In this document: piece after piece, positions 53,171-64,000 of the stretch
Numbering within the stretch: the stretch's first letter is position 1
Layout of the letters: each line of letters opens with the position of its first letter
NCBI GenBank assembly: GCA_964016885.1
Contig: OZ024752.1
Coordinates: 31,682,001-31,746,000 of the forward strand
Reading direction: 5' to 3'
Origin: Eledone cirrhosa
Taxonomy: Eukaryota
DNA: 64,000 nucleotides
Position numbers and translations under genes: made by a program
Notes under the pieces: generated by a model
Databases searched by the model: none
What the model was told of the DNA's origin: nothing
What the model saw: only the letters and a program-made list of their open reading frames with translations

Positions 53171-53271
<101 letters not shown>

Positions 53272-53319
53272 GAGGTTGGGTATGTGTGTATTTGTATATG
53301 TATATATATATAGAGAGAG

Positions 53320-53793
53320 AGATAGGTAAATATACACGGGTGTGTATGATTGTGTATAGAAGATTATATTAATAAGAGGAATTCCAACTTTGTCTGATTT
53401 ACTCGTTTTATTTACAATCCTTTAAAATTTATAATGGTATTATAATAAAATAGTATGATAGAATATTAAATTCTAGGTGTTAATTGAACAAGTACTTTCA
53501 TGCTTTCGCAATCTTCAGGTTCATAATATGTGGTGACAGTCAAGTTTGCAATTTTCAACTGTGCAAACTTGACTGTCACCACATATTATGAACCGGAAGA
53601 TTGCGAAAGCATGAAAGTACTTGTTCAATTAACACTTAGAATTTAATATTCTATCATACTATTTCATTATAATACCATTATATATATTTTAAAGGATTGT
53701 AAATAAAACGAGTAAATCAGACAAAGTTGGAATTCCTCTTATTAATATAATCTTCTATACACAATCATACACACCCATGTATATTTACCTATC
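53320..53793. mobile_element. Fold-back palindrome (~230-bp arms) with hammerheads at 53485-53523 (minus, intact) and 53589-53627 (plus, CGGAAGA mutant)
   Basis: tgaac-CTGAAGA-ttgcgaaagcat-GAAA-gtac-TT-gttca. Loop at ~53549-53561. Flanked by TA/TAGA repeats. Confidence 0.85.
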
Positions 53794-53803
53794 TATCTAT
53801 CTA

Positions 53804-53855
<52 letters not shown>

Positions 53856-54169
53856 CACATGGGGGCGTGTACGCACGTATGTATGTATGTTTGTACATGC
53901 GCATTAGATCGATACTGGTTCTAGTATTACAATTTATGTATTTTTATAAAAGATATTTGAAGCAATATTTCTTCTCGAATTTCGAATCTGAAAGGGAGCC
54001 ATACAAACAGAGAGGCGCAAAGACAGGCAGAGAGAGGAAAGATATATATCTTTATAAATACATGCATATGTGTGTGTATATAGTGTGTATATGTGTGTGT
54101 GTTTATCAGTTTATCAGTCTGTCTGTGTGTATAACTTGCTGTCAATATCGACTTCCATTTATGTATTTA

Positions 54170-54845
54170 TTTATTATTATTATTAGTAGTAGTAGTAATA
54201 GTAGTAGTAGTAGTAGTAGTAATAGTAGTAGTAGTGGTAGTAGTAGTAGTAGTGGTAGTAGTAGTAATAGTAGTAGTAGTAGTCGCAGTATTATTATTAT
54301 TAGAGCGGTGAATTGGCAGTATCGGTAGAGGGTCTGACGCCATGCTTTGACGCATAGAGTTACGGCCCTTGCCATTCTGAGTTCAAATCCCGCCGAGGTT
54401 AACTTTGCCTTTCATCCTTACGGGGTCGATAAAATAAAGTACCAGTAATGTACTGGGTAATTGCTGGCCTTGTGCTAAAAGTAGAAACAATTATTATTAG
54501 AGCGGTGGATTCGCAGAGTCGTTAGAGCGTCGGACAACATGGTTTGTGGCATAGAGTTACGTCTCTTTACATTCTGAGTTCAAATCCTGTCGATGTTAAC
54601 TTTGCCTTTCATCCTTACAGGGTCGGTAAAATAAAGTACCAGTAATGCACTGTTGGTATTATGTCTAAATTAAAATTCATTATTATTTGTTCGGACGCCA
54701 TGCTTTGACGCATAGAGTTACGGCCCTTGCCATAACCCGCCGAGGTTAACTTTGTCTTTCATCCTTACGGGGTCGATAAAATAAAGTACCAGTAATGCAC
54801 TGGGTAATTGCTGGCCTTGTGCCAAACGTGGAAACAATTATTATT
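54170..54845 (+). mobile_element. (TAG)n microsatellite followed by three tandem family A SINEs
   Basis: SINE copies at 54304-54497, 54500-54655 and 54690-54842. Confidence 0.88.
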
Positions 54846-54881
54846 TGTTTCAATAAAATTATAGCGTTGTGAAATAAATTT

Positions 54882-55360
54882 AGAGCTCAGCGTGACATTC
54901 TGTATTTTATCAGTAGAGCATTGTGTTACCTAATCTAAATAGCGAGGTAAAATATATTTTAATATAGAGCTAACCGTGAGACTCTGTATATTATCAGTAG
55001 AGCATTGGGTTAAATAAAAAATTAAAAAATTGTCGATCGAGTTTCGTCAATTCAGACCGAGGAAACAATGTTTCCGTTGGTCTTTCCAATTGCTAATACT
55101 ATCTATTGGTCGCAACTCCAGGTAGAAGGAACAACGTGAAATAATGTGTATTGCTCAAGGACATAACGCATCGCCCGGTTAAGGAATCGACCTGACAACT
55201 TCACTATTGCGAATCCAGTTCTCTAACCACTCAGCCACACGCCTAGCTAACCTAAATAGAGAGGTAAAATCTATTTTAATATAGAACTAACCGTGAGATT
55301 CTGTATAATATCAGTAGAGCATTGTGTTAGCTAATCTAAATAGAGAGGTAAAATATATTC
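54882..55360. repeat. ~84-bp tandem repeat (3 units) interrupted by a family D SINE (55030-55243 minus)
   Basis: tctgtat.ttatcagtagagcattg at ~54899, 54983 and 55300. Confidence 0.8.
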
Positions 55361-55799
55361 CAATGATATTCTTGAATGTCTGTAGCTTTGATCTATCGAT
55401 GTTAATCGATAAAGATGTCGGTGTACGTGATTGACACTAGTTTTAGTAAACCAGGGAGGATTGCATGTTTTCTTTTATAGAAAATACAGTCTATAACCCT
55501 ATTCTTTGTTTTTAAAGGAAATTGTTTATTAGGTAAATAGCTGGAGGTAATATCACATGGAATATGTTTAGAATATTCAGAGGAGAAATTGGAAAGTGTA
55601 ACAATTTGGCATGAAAAGATTTTTGTTGATGAGTTGACTGGTTTGTTGGCGGGTTGGTGGCTTGGTTGGTTGGTGGTTTGGTGGTTGGTGGTTTGGTGGT
55701 TGGTGGGTTGGTTGGCTGGCTGGTTGGTTGGTTGGTTAGTTGATTAGTTGGTTTGTTCGTGGGTTGGGCAGTAATCTACTAAAAGTAGAAATAATTATT

Positions 55800-56213
55800 A
55801 GGGCGGTGGTTCGGCAGTAATCGGTAGAGCGTCAGACACCATGCTTTTCAGCATAGAGTTATGGCCCTTTGCGTTCTGAGTTCAAATCCACCGAGGTTAA
55901 CTTTGCCTTTCATCCTTACGGGGTCGATAAAATACAGTACCAGTAATGCACTGGGTAATTGCTGGCCTTGTGCCAAAAAGTTGAAATAATTATATGATAT
56001 CTATAAATATTTCTATAAAATAATTTAAGTGGACGGTGGCAGTAGTGATAGGTAGGTCATTACATAAACGATCCCCAGCTGTCAGATTCAACATTATTGT
56101 ACAATAATTGTTTCTACTTTGGGCACAAGGCCAGCAAATTACCCAGTGCATTACTGGTACTTTATTTTATCGACCCCGTAAGGATGAAAGGCAAAGTTAA
56201 CCTCGGCGGGATT
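55800..56213. mobile_element. Family A SINEs (55800-55992 plus; 56103-56213 minus, partial)
   Basis: Shared core, convergent orientation. Confidence 0.85.
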
Positions 56214-56329
56214 TAATAAACTCTATTAATAACAACGTTGTTGTCATCTGTATACATCTGTGTACCTCCCCCTCCCTAATCCATCGAGAAATAAACCATT
56301 TCTATACACACCATTCTACACACACCATT

Positions 56330-56332
56330 TCT

Positions 56333-56369
<37 letters not shown>

Positions 56370-56993
56370 CATACATAAATACATTTATACACACACATAC
56401 ACACACACGCATATATATATATACATACATGCATACATAAATACTTTTATACACACACATACACACACACACATATATATATATATACATGCATACATAA
56501 ATACTTTTATACACACACGTACACACATATATATATATATATACATGCATACATAAATACATTTATACACACATACACACACACATATATATATATATAT
56601 ATACATGCATACATAAATACTTTTAGACACACACATACACACACACATATATATAAATATATATACATGCATACATAAATACATTTATACACACATACAC
56701 ACACACATATATATATATACATGCATACATAAATACTTTTATACACACACATACACACACACATATATATATATATATACATGCATACATAAATACTTTT
56801 AAACACACACATACACACACACATATATATATATATACATACATGAAAAAATTAAATACTTTTATACACACATACACACACACAGATATATATATATATA
56901 CATACATGCATACATAAATACTTTTATACACACACATACACACACATATATATATATATACATGCATACATAAATACTTTTATACACACACAT

Positions 56994-57024
<31 letters not shown>

Positions 57025-57120
57025 CATGCATACATAAATACTTTTAAACACAAACATACACACACACATATATATATATATACATACATGGAAAAATTAA
57101 ATACTTTTATACACGCACAT

Positions 57121-57161
<41 letters not shown>

Positions 57162-58412
57162 CATGCATACATAAATACTTTTATACACACACATACACAC
57201 ACACACATATATATATATACTTACATGCATACATAAATACTTTTATACACTCAAATACACACACATACACATATATATATATATACATACATGCGTACAT
57301 AAATACTTTTATACACACATACACACACACACATATATATATACATACATGCATACATAAATACTTTTATACACTCACATACACACACATACACACACAC
57401 ACATATATACATACATGCATGCATACATAAATACTTGTATACACACACATACACACACACACATATATATATACATACATGCATACATAAATACTTTTAT
57501 ACACTCACATACACACACATACACACACACATATATACATACATGCATACAAAAATACTTTTATACACACACATACACACACACACATATATATATATAC
57601 ATACATGCATACATAAATACTTTTATACACACACATACACACACATATATATAAATATATATACATGCATACATAAATACTTTTATACACACACATACAC
57701 ACACACATATATATATATACATACATGCATACATAAATACTTTTATACACACACATACACACACACATATATATGTATATACATACATGCATACATAAAT
57801 ACTTTTATACACACACATACACACACACATATATATATATACATACACGAATACATAAATACTTTTATACACTCACATACACACACACACATATATATAT
57901 ATACATACATGCATACATAAATACTTTTATACACACACATACACACATACATATATACATACATGCATACATAAATACTTTTATACACACATATACACAC
58001 ACACATATATATATACATACATGCATACATAAATACTTTTATACACACACATACACACACATACATATATACATACATGCATACATAAATACTTTTATAC
58101 ACACACATACACACACACACACATATATACATACATGCATACAAAAATACTTTTATACACACACATACACACACACACATATATATATATACATACATGC
58201 ATACATAAATACTTTTATACACACACATACACACACACACACACATATATACATACATGCATACAAAAATACTTTTATACACACACATACACACACACAC
58301 ACATATATATAAATATATATACATGCATACATAAATACTTTTATACACACACATACACACACACACATATATATATACATACATGCATACATAAATACTT
58401 TTATACACATAG

Positions 58413-58445
<33 letters not shown>

Positions 58446-58478
58446 CATGCATACATAACTACTTTTATACACACACAT

Positions 58479-58511
<33 letters not shown>

Positions 58512-58540
58512 CATGCATTCATAAATACTTTTATACACAT

Positions 58541-58573
<33 letters not shown>

Positions 58574-59878
58574 CATACATGCATATATAAATACTTTTAT
58601 ACACACACATACACACACACATATATATATATATACATACATGCTTACATAACTACTTTTATACACACACATACACACACACATATATATACATACATGC
58701 ATAAATAAATACTTTTATACACACACATACACACACACATATATATAAATATATATACATGCACACATAAATACTTTTATACACACACATACACACACAC
58801 ATATATATAAATATATATACATGCATACATAAATACATTTATACACACATACACACACATATATATATACATACATGCATACATAAATACTTGTATACAC
58901 ACACATACACACACACACATATATATATATACATACAGGCATACATAAATACTTTTATACACTCACATACACACACATACACACACACACACATATATAC
59001 ATACATGCATACAAAAATACTTTTATACACACACATACACACACACACATATATATATACATACATGCATACATAAATACTTTTATACACACACATACAC
59101 AGACACATATATATAAATATATATACATGCATACATAAATACTTTTATACACACACATACACACACACATATATATATATACATACATGCATACATAAAT
59201 ACTTTTATACACACACATACACACACACATATATATATATATACATACATGCATACATAAATACTTTTATACACACACATACACACACACATATATATAT
59301 ATACATACACGAATACATAAATACTTTTATACACTCACATACACACACACACATATATATATATACATACATGCATACATAAATACTTTTATACACACAT
59401 ATACACACACACACACATATATATATACATACATGCATACATAAATACTTTTATACACACACATACATATATACATACATGCATACATAAATACTTTTAT
59501 ACACACACATACACACACACACACATATATACATACATGCATACAAAAATACTTTTATACACACACATACACACACACACATATATATATATACATACAT
59601 GCATACATAAATACTTTTATACACACACATACACACACACACACACATATATACATACATGCATACAAAAATACTTTTATACACACACATACACACACAC
59701 ACACATATATAAATATATATACATGCATACATAAATACTTTTATACACACACATACACACACACACATATATATATACATACATGCATACATAAATACTT
59801 TTATACACATAGACACACACACACACATATATATATATATACATACATGCATACATAACTACTTTTATACACACACAT

Positions 59879-59911
<33 letters not shown>

Positions 59912-59940
59912 CATGCATTCATAAATACTTTTATACACAT

Positions 59941-59973
<33 letters not shown>

Positions 59974-60554
59974 CATACATGCATATATAAATACTTTTAT
60001 ACACACACATACACACACACATATATATACATACATGCATAAATAAATACTTTTATACACACACATACACACACACACATATATACATACATGCATACAA
60101 AAATACTTTTATACACACACATACACACACACACATATATACATACATGCATACAAAAATACTTTTATACACACACATACACACACACACATATATATAT
60201 ACATACATGCATACATAAATACTTTTAGACACACACATACACACACACATATATATATATACATACATGCATACATAACTACTTTTATGCACACACATAC
60301 ACACACACACATATATATATACATACATGCATACATAAATACTTTCATACACATAGACACACACATATATATATATATACATACATGCATATATAAATAC
60401 TTTTATACACCCACATACACACACACACATATATACATATATACATACATGCATACATAACTACTTTTATACACACACATGCACACACACACATATATAT
60501 ATATATACATACATGCATACATAAATACTTTTTAACACGCACATACACACACAC

Positions 60555-60560
<6 letters not shown>
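56330..60560. repeat. 4.2-kb microsatellite-derived satellite, ~60-bp unit with a ~1.4-kb higher-order duplication
   Basis: Unit catgcatacataaatacttttatacacacacatacacacacacatatatatata. Rare variants recur 1400-1460 bp apart. Confidence 0.93.
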
Positions 60561-60618
<58 letters not shown>

Positions 60619-60657
60619 TCATATACATATATATAAGGTATATTATTATATACATAT

Positions 60658-60848
60658 GGCGGTGGATTGGCAGTATCGGTAGAGGGTCGGACGCCATGCT
60701 TTCCAGCAGAGTTACGTCCCTTTTCGATCTGAGTTCAAATCCCGCCGAGGTTGACTTTGACTTTTATCCTTACGGAGTCGATAAAATAAAGTACCAGTAA
60801 TGCACTGGGTTATTGCTGGCCTTGTGCCTAAAGTAGAAACAATTATTA
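60658..60848 (+). mobile_element. Family A SINE with TSD
   Basis: attattatatacatat at 60642 and 60842. Confidence 0.9.
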
Positions 60849-62099
60849 TATACATATGTATATCTGATGATCCTGATAATGTAAGTAGACGCTATAAAGA
60901 ATATCATATATATATATAAAGAATATCATATATATAATATATATATATGAATATTACATAATTTATGTAGTAAATTTCGTAGCTGTTGATTAAACATAAA
61001 TATTCTTATATATAATGATTGCTTATTCTAAGATTTACTTCTTTTAAAATTTTCAAATGTCTACACTTCCGGTTAGCGTCCGTTATATCATAACACTTAT
61101 TACATCGCTTATATAAACATCATATATTTGCATCGTTATATAAGGTTCCATTACATTCCACCGTAATGCAGTTTATATATAATATCGTCTTTTGTATTTG
61201 TGTCATGGATTACTTTACTGATTACAGAAGACAGTGTAACACAGCCTCTCTTCAATTTCTGTGCATATTGTCAATTACGATTTTATTTGATATATCATAT
61301 CTACATGTATATATACTTGCATATAATATCAATATCCACACAACACATGCTAGCAGAAAACAGCCTGAAGGGTGGTTTATTTGCTAGTTTACCATAAAAA
61401 GTACAGAATTCTAATGTTATGCGATGAAACCATTCTTCGTTGGGGAGAGAAGAATTACTGACTAGTATTGGGGGTTAATAAAAATGAGAATACTTATATA
61501 GTGAAATGATGGGCGCAGGAGGGTGTATTTGAAGAGCAGCTAATGATAACTATTGTTAATGGAGGGTGAAGGAAGTGGCTAAAGAGCGCCAGCAGATTAA
61601 TTTCTGAGGCCATTATCACAGGGGGTATCGTAATTGGAAATCGAGTGACGGGGAATTAAATATAATCCATTTGTAAAGGAAATTGAAAGATAGCTGTAAA
61701 ATGTAGACAGGAAAAGGAAGCGGAATTAGATGTGGTAAATCGTAAACATAAAGAATTGAAGTACAGAACGAGAAACGTATGAAAAGTGAAAGGTAAATTT
61801 AAGATTGTAACTACACAGAAATGTAAGAGATAAAGACGAAAATATAACAGAGAGAGGGGAAGGGGAAGGAGAGAGAGAGAGACAGAGGGGGGAGGGGGTA
61901 GAGAGGAAGACAAGGGAAAACTATAAAGCATGATGATAACAGAGGAGAATTGAAAAATAAATATACCGTGTGGATTAAGAGTAACCGGTGCTTCTTGGAA
62001 AGATAAAGAGATGTAGAGGTGAGAAATGAGTTAATTTATAGAGAAGGAAGAAAACAATTCAAGAGAAAGGAAAAACTTTAAGTTGTGAAACAGTGAAGA

Positions 62100-62173
62100 A
62101 ATAAAAAGAAACAAATAAACGAACAAAAGAAGAAGAAAAAAGGAATAATGAAAATAAAGAAAAATGAAATAAT

Positions 62174-62234
<61 letters not shown>

Positions 62235-62598
62235 GGGAAAGAAAGAAAGACTGAAGGAAAGAAAGAAAGAGAGAAAGAAAGACAGACAGAAGGAAAGAAA
62301 GCAAGAAAGGAACGAACGAAGAAAGAAAGAAAGAAAGAAAGAAAGCAAAGAAGGAAGAAAGAAAGAAAGAAAGAAAGAACGAAAAAAAGACAGAAAGAAA
62401 AAAAGACAGAAAGAAAGAAAAAAAGAAAGAAAGAAAGTAAAAAAGAAAGAAAGAAAGAAAGGAACGATGAAAGAAAGAAATGGGTTTAACCAAGACAGTG
62501 ATATGTAACAAAAATCTAGAACACGAGAAAGAGATGCAAAGACAGGGAATATGGAAGAAGTCGAGAGAGAGAGAGAGTGTGTGTGTGTGTTTGTGTGC

Positions 62599-62671
<73 letters not shown>

Positions 62672-62719
62672 TGTGTGCGTGTGTGCGTGTGTGCGGGCGT
62701 GTGTGTGTGTGAGAGAGAG

Positions 62720-62755
<36 letters not shown>

Positions 62756-62792
62756 CGTGTGTGTGTGTGAGAGAAAGAGAGGGAGAGAGAGA

Positions 62793-62841
<49 letters not shown>

Positions 62842-63025
62842 GGCATGTGTGTGTGTGTGTGAGAGAGAGTGTGTGTGTGTGTGTGTGTGCGTGTGTGCGG
62901 GCATGTGTGTGTGTGTGAGAGAGAGTGTGTGTGTGTGTGTGTGCGTGTGTGCGGGCGTGTGTGTGTGTGTGTGTGTGAGAGAGATAGAGAGAGAGTGTGT
63001 GCGTGTGTGGGTGTGGTTGTGGTTG
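62100..63025. repeat. (AAAG)n followed by compound (GA)n/(GT)n microsatellite
   Basis: Direct reading. Confidence 0.93.
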
Positions 63026-63647
63026 TACACGTGGATATAGATATGTATGATGAAGGTGAAATAGAGAGAATTATTTCAACTAATATTAGGTTTCATTTTA
63101 ATCATACAGGTAGATCATAGAATTAGTGAAAGTCTACTAATACATAAGAAAGAGGTATTTACTTTGTCAATAAATATATTCTGTGATTATACGTTGTGAT
63201 AAATCCGCGAGCAAAGATAGGAAATAGAATAAAAGGAGTTTCGCTAATATCAGAAATCAGTTCCGGTAATTTCTTAAAAATATAAATATTCCATGACACA
63301 CACATGGAAAGTTTTATTTTAGTTTTTTTTTCTAATTTAAAAATAAAAAAATGCACAAACGATTTATGGTGTGTGTAAATATATATATATATATATATAA
63401 TAGAATAATCGAGTATCGGAAAATCAGCTCACGAATTAACGATAAACAAATCCGATATGAGTGGCAGAGGGCTCAATAATTTGGATAAATCAGAGAGCTA
63501 TAACTATCGTTAAATAACCAACACATAAAGATTATGCCTAAAATCACCCGCGCAGCCGAAAAAGAACGACCAGGAGGATTCGGGTCACTCAAATAAAATA
63601 TCAATAAATCAATAATTTAAATGAATGTAAAAAACTTACCCGGGCCC

Positions 63648-63688
<41 letters not shown>

Positions 63689-63853
63689 ATTAAAATACTA
63701 GAGTGCGTTGGAGTTAAACACACTCGTCGTATAAGAGAAATGACAGTAAAGGTATAGCTCAACAGAGCCGTAAAATTATAAAAATTATAAAAATTATAAA
63801 AAATAAACAAAGAAGCCTTCAATACATCAAAAGTCTTTATTAGCCGACAGTGT

Positions 63854-64000
<147 letters not shown>

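Noticed and set aside
63560-63597. ERPGGFGS resembling dUTPase motif V
   Set aside because: Isolated short match with no other dUTPase motifs. The homologous copy at 43040 does not preserve it.

Overview
AT-rich, microsatellite-saturated eukaryotic DNA. The repeat landscape suggests an octopus or other coleoid cephalopod, but that is inference only. I found no convincing host gene, and almost all supplied ORFs are translations of simple repeats. Real coding relics are all retrotransposon-derived: a near full-length but broken R4/Dong-type RT+RLE element (27.8-31.6 kb), a second R4-type 3' fragment, RTE 3' fragments, a bipartite RTE-derived non-autonomous element (3 copies), a CRE 3' fragment and a Penelope-like (PLE) GIY-YIG fragment. 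There are also many tRNA-derived SINEs and several minisatellites. The most striking hidden structure is about 20 type I hammerhead ribozyme (HHR) motifs read by eye (stem I-CTGANGA-stem II-GAAA-palindromic stem III-UH-stem I). They fall into several unrelated sequence families and mostly sit back-to-back in fold-back palindromes inserted in (TA)n, with both 3' ends facing outward. These elements show fixed breakpoints and a shared YGAGTRC-like motif about 35-70 nt before the 3' end. A second pattern is an apparent (CATA)n-targeting R4 lineage nesting in microsatellites associated with RTE elements. All coordinates were read by eye and may be off by a few bases.
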